A DNA stretch of 63,098 nucleotides, counting the filler, from Octopus bimaculoides (Eukaryota): assembly GCF_001194135.2 (NCBI RefSeq). It is 4 parts of 4 records of this genome, joined end to end, with 100 filler letters (N's around TTAATTAATTAA, not from the genome) between each part and the next. Parts side by side here need not be neighbours in the genome. Positions count along the whole stretch, not along the records: positions 1 to 6,996 come from NC_068984.1; positions 7,097 to 20,506 come from NC_068992.1; 2 more parts are not named here. The stretch is one strand, 5' to 3'. Below the pieces are notes generated by a model, which ran no database searches, was not told the origin of the DNA, and worked only from the letters and a program-made list of their open reading frames with translations. Below are positions 1 to 12,165 of this stretch, one piece after another (within the stretch, counting starts at the first letter, position 1; each line of letters opens with the position of its first letter). A program made the position numbers and the translations under genes.

Positions 1-1221
1 TTACAGTTTGGTTTGTAGATCAAATTATACTGTGAAATTAATTTATTAGAAAATTTATTTGATTAGAATTACCAGTGAAGTTATTATTTTACTTCTTCAA
101 ATATACCTAACTGTACCAAGGATTTCACACATTTACCAATAAATATATATGTATGTGTGTGTGTGTATTCTTTTCCTCTCCCCTTCACCGTTCTCTATCT
201 CTTCCTCTCTGTTTCTCACTCTTCCTCTCTGTTTCTCACTCTTCCTCCTTTACTCTCTCGCTGCTCACACGTGACCATCGGCCATCTTTCTTTTCCTAAC
301 TTGAGCTTCTTTCTTTCCTTTTGATCTGCCACACAGATCACACGTATTCTTGTCTGTCTCCTCTCGTATCTTTTCTCCTGTCAAAGCTTGTTCTTCCAGC
401 GTTCGCCACTTCACCGTGTTATGGCTTAGCAGCTATTACTGTTTGTTTTCACTGTCCTGTTTTTGTTATCAGCTTGGACCCTTCGCAAATCCCAAATTTC
501 GTTTTACCTTGCGGGAGCAACTGTTTTCTCGAAGACACATCTTGTCGTAGTTGCTCGAAATGTGGAGTAGAAAAACAGCCGACAACTGATGAAGGGTCGT
601 TCTTTATGTTACTTGCTTTGTTTTCCATTTGTTTCTTTCGTTGTTCGCAAAAATGTTCGTATTCCATGTTTTCATATTTCGTATTTCATGTTGTTTATGT
701 TTTATGACGTCCTGTACCCATATATGCATATGTATATACATATATATGTAAGTATGTACATTTATGTATGTATATATGCATACATATATATATATATATC
801 ATTTATATTATATATAATATAATAATATATATATGCATATATACAAACATATATGTACATACTTATATATATATATGCATGGATATATANNNNNNNNNNN
901 NNNNNNNNNNNNNNNNNNNNNNNNNNNNNNNNNNNNNNNNNNNNNNNNNNNNNNNNNNNNNNNNNNNNNNNNNNNNNNNNNNNNNNNNNNNNNNNNNNNN
1001 NNNNNNNNNNNNNNNNNNNNNNNNNNNNNNNNNNNNNNNNNNNNNNNNNNNNNNNNNNNNNNNNNNNNNNNNNNNNNNNNNNNNNNNNNNNNNNNNNNNN
1101 NNNNNNNNNNNNNNNNNNNNNNNNNNNNNNNNNNNNNNNNNNNNNNNNNNNNNNNNNNNNNNNNNNNNNNNNNNNNNNNNNNNNNNNNNNNNNNNNNNNN
1201 NNNNNNNNNNNNNNNNNNNNN

Positions 1222-1285
<64 letters not shown>

Positions 1286-3119
1286 ACAGAATCGTGATTG
1301 CAATGTCCTTCCGAGTTACAAGGACAACATTGATTGCCAGCTGTATATATTTCTGGGTTTTTTTATTTAAGTCTGCACAAAGTAGTTTTAAGAGTATTTG
1401 GTTGCCGGATATCGCTTACCTGCGAGTATAATTTGTTAACATTCACTCTGCTTTCATAAGTTGTTTTAGGTTTAGTCCAAAGCAGCCACAAGCCTCCCTC
1501 TCGTTCCTCTGACCTTTGACACAAATGAAATATCCAGGATATGGTTGCTAGTGTGTGAGAAGGCGGTACCAGTACTCAGTTGGTAATCATTACAGATGTG
1601 TAAACCGTTTACAGACACACCACTCCGCTCGAGCTAGGAACTGAACTCACGATCTTATGATCATGGTGCTATGTCACGTGCCTTCACATTGTGACTTCGG
1701 CTTCTATTAAATCAAACAGCTACTTAGAAGCACTCCTGTTGATTTATCATTCACTTGTTAGGTCATTAACTATGTAACTGATGTAGAATAGTTCAGAATT
1801 CCGAACTTAATCTCGAATTACTGAGAAATGACGTTCACCAATAACATACATATTACTTTCTTTAGCCTTAGCATATTTAGGGAGAGAAATAGCATGATGT
1901 GACAGTCATGTGTTTCCTTGGAGAACTGAAGCGAAGATACGATAAAATTTCATCTGCACGGTACCTTGAGTCTACTAAAAGTTTGTGAATAAAATTTGGT
2001 GGACGGAAATTTTGTAGAAAACGTTTAGAAGAGCTTCAAATGTGTTTACATAATTGGTTTCATCCGTTACTCTTTTTAACACAATCTCTAGGCCCTTGTG
2101 TTCCTCTATTGACGTCCAGTCTGTGACAAACGTTCGAGTTAGGTCCCTTTTCTTCTACAGTTTAAAACAAAACTTGAGAAAATAGGCATGCGCACTGTTC
2201 TTCCTTCTCTAACTAAGCTATAATGTTTCTTCTTAATGGATATTGTGTTATGGTCTCGATTTGCAAAGACGCTTCCCACGTTGACAATTAAATGTTGGTT
2301 AATAACTCTGCTTGGGAAAGGTAATCTGGGATTGACTAGCACTTTGTCAAGGAGCGGAAAATTTCTTTCTTTCTTTCTGCTCATGCTAATGAAACCGGAA
2401 GTAAATGTGATCGTGAGTCATCTGTCGTTCTAGCATGTGAATGCTTTCACTATATATTTTTTAAAAGAAACTGGGCGGAGAGTGAAGCATTATTACATAA
2501 ACGAAACGAGTTTCTTTGTAGTGTAGACTGTGTATTTATTACAAGCTTGAAGACTTTAGAAAAGGAAAGAAAAAAAATAAAAATAAACGTTGACAAAGAA
2601 ACCGGCTTTTCCTTCAAAACTGATCATTCAAATAATATGAATGTAAGACGAGACTGTACGTCGTTTTGTTACGATTTACATGACTGTTATTGTTACTGAA
2701 ATTCCAATACCTTTTAACCCATATATTATATTGCTGCATATAAATACTGCATGTAATTCTGTTTGACAAAGGAGCTGACGAAATACAAACATACTTAGAA
2801 TGAGGCTGTGACAATGATGATGGTTGATGTCACTGACCGAAACGATTAATTGCCATATTAAAATACTTCACAAGATAGTTTCTTTGTTATTAGTACGTTT
2901 GGATTCCATTCTACCTTCCAATTAACATTTGAGGTTTTAACAAGTACGAGGCGTATACTATTGTTGACTTGACCCACACCACTTGCTATAAACGTGTACC
3001 GTTGTGAGAAACCACCATTTTTGTGGATGTCTCCAAAGAAACCAAACTTCAACTATCATAAACTTAATTCTTTAATGTAAATGTGAGAGTGTTACCCATG
3101 TATATGGCTTATCAAGTTA

Positions 3120-4355
3120 CGAAGGTCGGCTACAACGTTCATAGACTGACCACAATATTCTCATGGAATGTGACCAAATGAGGTTTATTTTTCTACATAG
3201 TCCCCTTCCGGCCCACACTCTTCGTCCATCAGAGTTCCAATGCTTGGATCTCATTGGTGAAAATTTTATCCTGTTGGTCAAAAATGTCACAAACAGCAGA
3301 TATGACGTCATAACTGCGACACTGGTTCCCAGCCAAGTGTTTTTTTCATATTTGGGAACAGATGATAGTCATATAGATCCAAATCAAGAGAATAGGGGAG
3401 GTAATCGACCAGTTCAAATCGACAGTCATGCATTGCAGCCATTGAAACCAAGGAGTTGTGTGTACTGGAGTATTGTCTTGATGAAACAAGATCCCTTTCG
3501 TCAATTATCCCGGGCATTTGGTCTTGATAGCCTTTCGTAACTGCATAGTACTCTCCATAGTGGTATGACCCTTTTAAACACAATGTCTTTTGTATCCCAT
3601 AAAACTGAAGCCATCATCTTCCCTGCTGGTGAAACGACGAAGAGGGGTGTTTCCACTACATGGATTGTCTCTTTGTCTCTAGCTCAAAGTTATGAATGCA
3701 ACACTCATTCTGATTTAGGAAACGTTTAAGAAAACAATTGGATCTTCCTCAAACAATATCAAATTTTCCCGTGATATGCTTAGCCTGGTGTGCATTTCGT
3801 CAGATGTCAAAAGAAGTGGCGCCCACCGTGAAAAAGCCTTCGTCGTGCCAAGTTCACTGTGCAGAATATTCTCAACTCCCTCACTGGATATACTAATAGC
3901 GTCGGCCATTTGTTGAATAATCAATCGCCTTTCATCCCCATGTGGTGAACACGATCAGTGTTTTCCTCAGTGGTGACAGTTTTAGGACATCCAGATCTTG
4001 GGTCATCTTCAAGAATCTCTGTTCCCCTCCGAACTTCAGCTGCACACCTTTGCACTGTTAATAAATCTGAAACGTCATCCCCTAATGTAGCAACCATGTC
4101 AGCATAAATGTCTTTGGGGGCTAAACCCTTTTTCTGTAGATATTTGATAACACCACGATGCCAAATTTTGTTGATTTCAAAAGAAGTCACTACTTGTTAC
4201 TTTTGAAGTCTTCTTTGAACAGTCAGACGCCAGTTTAACTGGAAAGAAACAATGCAGTTATTAATAAGAAGAGTTTGAAATTAATGCAAGCAAGATTTTA
4301 CATTCCTAACGTCACTCTTTCCTAGTCAGTTTATGAACTTTTCAGCCCACCCTCG
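3120..4355 (-). mobile_element. Full-length decayed mariner (Tc1/mariner, DD34D type) DNA transposon
   Basis: Imperfect TIRs (cgaaggtcggctacaacgttcatagactgac at 3120; reverse complement of cgagggtgggctgaaaagttcataaactgac ending at 4355) flanked by TA at 3118-3119 and 4356-4357. Minus-strand fragments include an HTH region (RGVIKYLQKKG...DDPRSGCP), WAPLLLT (cf. WVPRLLT) and YSLDLDLYDYHLFPNMKK (cf. YSPDLAPSDY). Frameshifted. Confidence 0.92.
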
Positions 4356-6151
4356 TAACATTGTTTAACATTGATTTCTTATGACTAACCCAATTTTGTA
4401 ATTCTCTATACTATTGAAAGTTATATATTGAATCTGGAAGGAGGAATAGAAAACAATGAATTGTGAGAAATGAGACAAATAAAATGCTTCATCTTTCAGT
4501 TCTCGGCTGCCTAAGCAGCCACTACTTTCGTAATTATCTGCAAAAAAAAATGATGAGTTAAATTTAATATCTTTTCCCAATTAGGTACTGGTTAGAGTGT
4601 AAATGTCACTGTTGACTTCTGTAGACATCTTTCAGTATCTCCTGCTATACAGAACACATACATATTTGAGTATCCTCTGCTATATAGAAAATGTATGGCA
4701 GTTGGTATTCATAGATGGCGCTAGATGTCAACGATGACAGTCAACACTTAACAGCTATAACAACAAAAACAGCAACAGAAGTCAACACTTAACGACTATA
4801 ACTGCAGCCACAACACCAGCAACAACAACAACGACGACGACAGCAGTTTTAATACATGAATAACAACTACAGCAATCAGATCAGCGAAGACCACACCAAC
4901 GACAACACTAACAATATCGACAGTAGCAACGATGACAAAAAATAAAAGCAGCAATTAAAATTTTCTCTCACTACTTCTCCCTGTGCTGGTCTTTGTTAAC
5001 TTTTCAATTCTTTGCGTCCCACTCTCAATCAACTTTGGTATTCCGCTGGGTTCTGTTTTGTTCCATTCTGTAATTAAAAAGTAACATGAAACACTCAGTA
5101 CATTTCTTCTTCCTTTTCTTTAATATTCTTAAACTTTAATTCTACCTGGACTTTACAAGTCACTTCCTTGTGTCGCCGAAACTACATATATTCCCCTCTA
5201 AAACAAAAATCTCTCACCTTTTTATAGCGCATCTCTTCTGCTTTATCTATACTAAAACTTCACTATGAACGGTAATATGTACGCATGTATAGATGTTACT
5301 TTTCACAACAACCATCTTCCTCTGCTGGATATCTGTAATAACAATTTCCAGTTACTCCGGCTTGACACTAGAATGCAGAAACCAGAATATTTAAAACGCT
5401 TCTAACACCATTCCACTTAAAGCACGAGTATATTAGCATTTGATGAGGGATGATATGCATTTCTTCCATAAAAGTTATAAGATCGTTTAAGACAAAAACA
5501 TAGGAATTACACTGAAAATAAATATTCTAAACCAATATTTATTCGGGAAGGATTTCATTAAAAAACAAAATGTATTATAAACGCACCTAAATCATCTTAC
5601 GGACAACAGATCACAATATTGATCTTGTGTAGAAACCATAAGAAATCAATATTTAACAGTGTTCCGTTGGTTAATAAGCCATACACATGAGCAACGATTT
5701 CTTTCAACGACAGACGAGGCTTCTCTTTAAAATACTGAATGAGAAATTAAGAAGCAGAAACTAACACCAAATGTCAGAATATTGATTTATTATGTGCTTA
5801 TGTGCTATTGTTTTTAACCCTAGGTCAGTCCTGATTGGTCTGACATACATTCAGAATCGTCTAGTCCTGACAATCGTTAAAACAACAAGTTTCAAATTGA
5901 GATATGGTTTATACACATTATGCATGATATACTTCTGAGAGAGATTTGCGTTATTTTTTTCTTATGATCAAGCAGACAGCTGGACTATGTAGAGTCTTCT
6001 TTGTTAGTTTGGTTAAATGTATTCAAATATTCTATGCGTTTATTATAGTCTTGTAATGTCTTGATGAATGAGACCTAATTATTCTTTCTGTAATATATAC
6101 GAACATAGGCACACACACACACACAAACACACACATATACACGTGTGTGTG

Positions 6152-6191
<40 letters not shown>

Positions 6192-6373
6192 ATGCTTTCT
6201 GGCAAGAACAAAGTTTCTAAAATGGATGGGGAAATTCGGTGGATTGTTTTGGTTCAGTAGTTACAACGTTTGTCACATTTTAGAGTTTGTAAGTTCATGT
6301 CCCACGTGCAGCCTTCGATTCTTTTTCTAACCAAAGGGTTTTTAACTCATTGTTTACATGTCATAAACCAGCG

Positions 6374-6755
6374 AACTGGCAGAATCGAGCGGTATTTCGC
6401 CCATCTCTACGTTCTGAGTACAAATTCCGCCGAGGCCGACTTTGCCTTTCATCCGTTCGATGTCGATAAATTAAGTACCAGTTGAGTACTGGCGTCAATG
6501 TAATTAACTACCTCCCACCACCAAATTTCAGGCCTTGTGCCTATAATAGAAAGGATTATTATTATTATTACAAGGCGTTGAGCTGGCAGAATGGCACGCC
6601 GCGTAAAATGCTTCGCGGCATTTCGTCCGTTCTTACGTTCTGAGTTCAAATTCCGCCGAGGTCGACTTTGCCTTTCATCCTTTCGGAGTAGATAAAAAAA
6701 AGTACCCCCACCCTCAAATTTCAGGCCTTGTGGCTACAGTAGAAAGGATTATTGT
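6374..6755 (+). mobile_element. Two tandem copies of the octopus-type SINE called S1 here (gagctggcagaa...gagttcaaattccgccgaggtcgactttgcctttcatcc...)
   Basis: A-box/B-box-like head and conserved body recur many times in the window, e.g. about 22100-22550, 29040-29350, 30945-31150(-), 37770-37950(-), 43200-44150(-), 51610-51820, 53030-53640, 54790-55390(-). Confidence 0.8.
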
Positions 6756-6996
6756 TATTATTTTGCAGTACAACACCATCATATTGACTCGGTTAGCTAC
6801 AACTTCCAGGATTTTAGAACGTGATTTAGCTTCCTATTTAGCTAGATGTCTGGGAGCTCGTTGTCTGGCTGGCTGACTGATAAATTATGTGGAAGTTGTA
6901 TTTTACTCGGGTTCTACAGATGAAATGTCACGTATGACTCATCTCTTGTGTTTATCCATCCTATTAACTTCAAAAGCAGCGAACAAAACCGTATTG

Positions 6997-7096
6997 NNNN
7001 NNNNNNNNNNNNNNNNNNNNNNNNNNNNNNNNNNNNNNNNTTAATTAATTAANNNNNNNNNNNNNNNNNNNNNNNNNNNNNNNNNNNNNNNNNNNN
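6997..7096. other. Artificial assembly join (44 N + TTAATTAATTAA + 44 N)
   Basis: The identical 100-nt structure recurs at 20507-20606 and 51954-52053. The 12-mer gives stops in all six frames. Confidence 0.9.
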
Positions 7097-7326
7097 CAGA
7101 AGTGATTAATATAAACTAATTGAAAGGGTTTTATTTCTTAAAATTTCAATCTAATTATACCTAAAGAAAAAGATACATAAAACAACCCTCAACGTCAACA
7201 CTTCAAAAACCTAATAGAATATTTTAAATATGTTTTCACTGAAAAAATAAAACAAATACCAGCCCACACCACACACACACACAATTATATATACACTCCT
7301 ATGAATAAACAAGTATTTATAATCAT
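7097..7326 (-). pseudogene. nad4L: NUMT: mitochondrial nad4L 5' fragment
   Basis: ATG at 7326. In the invertebrate mitochondrial code it reads ...QWKHILNILLGF; contains stops and frameshifts. Confidence 0.75.
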
Positions 7327-7330
7327 AAAT

Positions 7331-7395
7331 GTTATAATAGTTTATATAAAACATTGGCCATGCAATCCAAAATTAAATGCTACATTTTTATAATT
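7331..7395 (+). pseudogene. trnT: NUMT: mitochondrial trnT pseudogene
   Basis: Acceptor GTTATAA/TTATAAT, D-arm GTTT/AAAC, anticodon arm TTGGC-CATGCAA-TCCAA (TGT decayed to TGC). Lies on the opposite strand between nad4L and trnS2, as in octopus mtDNA. Confidence 0.7.
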
Positions 7396-7451
7396 GGTTA
7401 CAAGTGAATTGGTCACTTACAAAAGGTTTTCAAAACCCTTATTTATCCAAT
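7392..7451 (-). pseudogene. trnS2: NUMT: mitochondrial trnS2(UGA) pseudogene
   Basis: Minus strand has acceptor ATTGGAT/AACCAAT and anticodon arm AGGGT-TTTGAAA-ACCTT. Directly follows cob. Confidence 0.7.
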
Positions 7452-7870
7452 ATAATCAAATAATCTAATATATATATCCATACCTTATCTAAAATAGACT
7501 GAACCAAAAAACAAACAAAATATATAATCCTAAAAATCTGCTTAATCAATTCATATGGATACTCAACAGGACAACTTCTAATCCAAGTTAAAATTAAAAA
7601 AACACACCAACCAGAAATCAAAAACAAAACTGCTCTAAAAAATTATAACTTAATCCTATACACCCTCTAATATGTAAAAGAGAACAAACATATAAAACAA
7701 TAATAAATATCGCCAAACTAACCCCACCCTCGACTTGTTTGGAATCAACCATAAAATAGCATATGCAAATAAAAAATACCACTCAAGTTTAATATGGATA
7801 GGAGTAACTAAAGAATTTGTAGAAATAGAATTTTCGACATCCCTCAACATATTAGGAAGCAATTCCAATA
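7452..7870 (-). pseudogene. cob: NUMT: mitochondrial cytochrome b 3' half
   Basis: Reads [34 protein letters not shown] (decayed PEWY motif) and LILTWI.SCPVEYPYE; frameshifted. Confidence 0.9.
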
Positions 7871-9770
7871 CCTTAGCCTCACCATTGCTTGCTGGCTGGC
7901 TTCAATAGGTTCCATTAAAACTTGCAGTGTGCAACCAAATGTAGCATTTGCTGCTGCATTGATGTTTCTTTTGTCTCTTTCTCTCTTCCTTTTTTCATTT
8001 TTCTCCTGATTTTATTCTTTTCTTTATCTTTCTTTTGTAAAAACTTATATTATGAAAAAAATATAGTTTCTTAACCAATTATCTTCTAGTTAACTTGATT
8101 TACTTTTGTTCTTTTTTTTTTTATTTAGTACTGGTTTGCATGTATTTTTTTGTATATTTTTTTTTTCTAGTCAGGAAGAAGGGATAAATAAGAATGAATA
8201 TCTTTCCTGTGAACCAATTTTGTTCCGAATTCCAGGAAAAAGTTTTAGTAATATGAAGCTAATATGAATATGAATAATAATATGAAACATTGTTCCCAAA
8301 TTCAAATGTAAGTGCTGGACAAATTTGAAATTTTGCCAGTATTCTGTGGATGAGATCCTGTAGGTTCAGCAACGAATACAGATAAATTTGAGGAATTTCT
8401 TCTTAATTTTGAAAAAAAAAGTTGCAGTGTATTTGTTTCTGGACTCTTGAGATATCTCAAATTATCAATTGCTTTGCGAAATTTTCGTGGAGGACTTTCA
8501 ATTATCCATTTTTGTAAATGGGAAATTTTAACTTCCTACTTCCACATTGCCACCAGACTGCAAAATGCAATTAATATGATGAAAAATTTTTAAAAGTAAA
8601 TAAATAAATAAATACAAAAATTTGTTTTTAAAAATGCGAGGAATTCTTTAGTTTTGAAGTTTTGATTTCATTTCTTTATCAATGTTTGTTGTGTTGGATG
8701 AACTCTTTCATTATACAGAATTTACTGTTAACATCATGATTGTGATGATGGTGGAATTCTGGATTGAACCCTAACCCTAACCCCTCATAACTTTTTAATT
8801 TTTTGAAATTTTCTGAAAGTTTTGTGATTTTGTGTTCTTGTACATGGCAATTCAGATGATTATGAAAAAAAAAAAAATTTTTTGTGTGTGACCTGGTCGA
8901 TTTAGCTGTGATTTTTAGCACAACACATGACCACCTGATATTTATATATCTTATATATATCTTAGAGGAAAATGACAACAAAAACCAAGGCAGGATGACT
9001 TTCTCAAGTCATTTATAATAATTTAATTAGGGTAAGGTGAATGTGAAATCTCACACCTGTTTCTGAGATATCCCAAGTGATAGGCTAGCATGTATGTACA
9101 CTGGGTATTCCATCATCAGAGACAAGGTACATATGAAAGTTCTAGACAGGGAAATTTACAGATTATAAGGAATAAAATAGAAGAATAAAGATTAAAAGTA
9201 AATAAAAAAATACAGACAGGAAAACAAAGTTCACAGTTCATCTTTTTCCAGAGGGTATGGAGGTTGGTCTGTACTTCTGTGAAGGCATAAACTGTTTGGT
9301 ATAATCCCAGGTAAATCCAAACACTTTTGAATGATGTGTTCATGTTGAATTGGTTAGCTAGTATGTAAATGGTCCACATGGGTATAAAGAGTGAGAAAGA
9401 CAGACATCGAGATATACAGAAGTGGGTTGTGAGTGAGTGGATAGTTGTGTGGTAAGAAGTTTGCTTTCCAGCTACATGCTTTTTCCCCTAGCCAACCACA
9501 TATGCCATCTGATAAATAGGAAAGTACCGTATAGGATAGCTTGGGCCATAATAGATTTTGGTGTCACATATCAAGGCCTGTGCTCCACATGTGGACTCTG
9601 CCTGAAAGAAGCCCTCCAAATATTAATTTATAATATATACCTGCTAACATGGAAGCCTATTACGGATCCCTAGTTCCAGCCTCAGTTATGAACTTGGAAC
9701 CTATTCGTTTAGATCACCAGTGAACTAAACCCCTCATATTTTATATATACACACATATATATATATATAT

Positions 9771-9851
9771 TTGTGTATATAAAAATGACCAGTAAGTGGT
9801 CTGTTAATATGCTAGAAATAGATCACTTACTGGTCATTTTTATATACACAA
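9771..9851. repeat. Perfect 28-bp inverted repeat (hairpin)
   Basis: ttgtgtatataaaaatgaccagtaagtg (9771-9798) is the exact reverse complement of 9824-9851. Four further pairs and a 17-nt loop. Confidence 0.95.
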
Positions 9852-10472
9852 GTACTATAATCCCTTTAGGATCTCGAAAATATTTTTCCTGAACCTTCTG
9901 ATTCTTTCAATGTGCTAGTTTCCTGGTATTAAATTGATATTAATTAATATCGAATTTTTACCCTATTATGTTAATTAACCATATATATATATATATATAT
10001 ATANNNNNNNNNNNNNNNNNNNNNNNNNNNNNNNNNNNNNNNNNNNNNNNNNNNNNNNNNNNNNNNNNNNNNNNNNNNNNNNNNNNNNNNNNNNNNNNNN
10101 NNNNNNNNNNNNNNNNNNNNNNNNNNNNNNNNNNNNNNNNNNGTAACACCTATACCACTTTTCAAGAAGTTGGTGGCAGGAAAGGAAATTATCCTCAAAC
10201 TGCAAACTTGACTCGAATGCTTGCTGCAGAGAGAATTTCACTAAAGGTACTTAAGGGCCAGTTGGGGCTGTTAAACTCGGAGATTGAGGCACAAATTATC
10301 TAATTCCTCCAACTTCCAATTTTTCCACCCAATTCTGTTTTAAATCAACCAGTCCTCCTCCTCTTCATCATCGATCTTTGTGTGTCTCATTTGTGTTTTG
10401 GGCCACTCAAGCATATTTTAACAGCTGAGGTATTTTCTGACTAAGTCTTTAGGAAACATCCAGTAGATTCTT

Positions 10473-10478
10473 TTTATT
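10473..10478 (-). promoter_or_regulatory. Candidate polyadenylation signal AATAAA for the repeat-exon gene
   Basis: AATAAA on the minus strand about 55 nt downstream of the TAA at 10533. Confidence 0.45.
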
Positions 10479-10532
10479 TAAAAAAACATTTTTTTTAGGA
10501 GAAAACACTTTCAATTAATTTATCTTAACCAC

Positions 10533-11397
10533 TTATGGCAAGATTTCATTTGAGGTGTTTTTATCTGAGCATAAATCATTTTCCGAATTTACAAAATATG
10601 CTTCATCCTCAGTGAAATATAAATCCTTTTCAACTGTACATGCACCTTCACCAATTGAATGTGCATCATTTTCAACCATGCATGCACCATTTCCAACTGA
10701 ATATGCATCATCATTTTCAACCATGCATGCACCATTTCCAACTAAATGTGCATCATTTTCAACTGTACATGCACCTTCACCAACTAAATGTGCATCATTT
10801 TCAACTGTACATGCACCTTCACCAACTAAATGTGCATCATTTTCAACCATGCATGCACCCTTTCCAATTGAATATGCATCATTTTCAACCATGCATACAC
10901 CCTTTCCAATTGAATATGCATCATTTTCAACCATGCATACACCCTTTCCAATTGAATATGCATCATTTTCAACCATGCATGCACCATTTCCGACTAAATG
11001 TGCATCATTTTTAACTGTACATGCACCTTCACCAATTGAATAAGCATCATTTTCAACTGTATATGCTTCATTTGGCAGAAAATATAAATCATTTTCAACC
11101 ATACATATACCTTCACCACTTGAATATACATCATTTTCAACCATGCATGCACCATTTCCAATTGAATATGCATCATTTTCAACCATATATAAGTCATTTT
11201 CAACGCAATACAATTCATTTTCCATCATGCAAGGATCATTTCTAATTGAATGTGCATCATTTTGGGGCAATATCTTTGCTGCTTGCTGTTTCAAGGTATT
11301 ATTTGGTTGTAATTCCATCTCCTCTGGTAAACAGGTCTTTGTGGTACTCTTCTCAGTCACTTCTTCAGGTGTCAAATATGATTTGAATTTTTTGTAG
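10533..11397 (-). CDS. Candidate terminal coding exon: acidic protein with about 15 x 14-aa tandem repeats (VENDAYSIGxGACM)
   Basis: Acceptor with branch point (tgCTAATtttttcttaaacacAG, AG at 11399-11398), phase 2. Open to TAA at 10533, with about 45 aa of non-repeat sequence before the array and a downstream AATAAA. Confidence 0.6.
10625..11270. repeat. 42-bp minisatellite built from two related 21-mers
   Basis: Unit ttttcaaccatgcatgcacca-tttccaactgaatatgcatca, about 15 copies. Indels keep the frame (one 3-nt insertion). Confidence 0.95.
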
Positions 11398-11529
11398 CTG
11401 TGTTTAAGAAAAAATTAGCATATTTAATCAGGCAATATTAAACAGATTTTAGAATTAAAGTTTGAATTAAATTTAGAATTGAATAATGAAAGCAAAAATA
11501 ATTCTTACTAATTTTGTTTTTTGTAATGA

Positions 11530-11916
11530 GAATAATGGTTTCAAATTTTGGCATAAGACCAGAAAATTTGATTACCACAATGAGTATCTGGGCAGTTGCA
11601 GTGGTCAGATATAGTGTGTCCATCCTCAAATGGATTAAGGAGGAAATATCAACACTGGATAAAAGGATGAGAAAGTTGATGACGCTGCATGGGGCGCTAC
11701 ACCCTAAAGCAAACGTAAACAGACTGTATATGAAAAGAAAGAATGGTGGCAGAGTACTAGTTAGTGTGGACCACTGTATAAGGAATGAAAGGAGAATGCT
11801 TGCCGAGTATTTGATAAATAGTGATGAAGACCTGCTGCAATATGCCGCAAAAGATATGGGTGTAAATGCAGATGAAATGATGGGCAAGGAAGAGTTTAAC
11901 CAAAGAGCTGAGGAGA
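11530..11916 (+). mobile_element. R4/Dong-like non-LTR retrotransposon fragment (RT C-terminal/thumb region)
   Basis: AVAVVRYSVSILKW..EEI..LDKRMRKLMT.HGALHPKANVNRLYMKRKNGGR matches the region typical of R4/Dong LINEs. Truncated by the element starting at 11917. Confidence 0.75.
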
Positions 11917-12165
11917 CATAGTGGTTAAGAGCACAGGCTACTAACCCCAAGATTCCAAGTTCGATTCCAGCAGTGACCTGAATAATAATAATATCGAAAA
12001 ATACCTTAGGAATCAGAACACAGGTTCAAAATTTCCCCAAGACACCTGATGAAGGCTGGAAGGTATATCAGCTGAAACGTTGTGTTAACAAGATGAGAAC
12101 AAATATCCGTCAAATATAAATAATGTAAATAATGTACATAATTCCTCATCTCTTAAAAATAGAAA
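11917..12165 (+). mobile_element. Short non-autonomous element: tRNA-like Pol III head followed by a hammerhead ribozyme
   Basis: A-box-like TAGTGGTTAAG (11919), B-box GTTCGATTCC (11959-11968), an (AAT)n linker, then a hammerhead at 12041-12086. Confidence 0.7.
12041..12086 (+). ncRNA. Minimal type I hammerhead ribozyme (family A)
   Basis: GACAC-CUGAUGA-A-GGCUG[gaagguauau]CAGCU-GAAA-C-GUU^GUGUU. Stem I GACAC/GUGUU; palindromic stem III AACGUU. Confidence 0.7.

Noticed and set aside
540-610. CTGATGA at about 586 and gctcgaaatgt at about 555 (similar at about 24275)
   Set aside because: No complementary stem II followed by GAAA in the correct order; at most decayed remnants.
321-707. 128-aa Cys/Phe-rich ORF
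   Set aside because: Low-complexity, repeat-like sequence with no recognisable domain or splice context.
768-1431. Long ORFs containing X runs or CV/HT/YI dipeptide repeats, here and throughout the window
   Set aside because: Artefacts of N gaps and microsatellites.
7870-7975. Apparent exon ([34 protein letters not shown]) with a GT donor
   Set aside because: The GT coincides with the NUMT boundary and there is no convincing acceptor.
10555-11245. Plus-strand ORFs (CASFSTMHAPFP and MHHFQLN repeats)
   Set aside because: These are alternative frames of the same 42-bp array with no splice or polyA support. The minus frame is longer and has gene signals.
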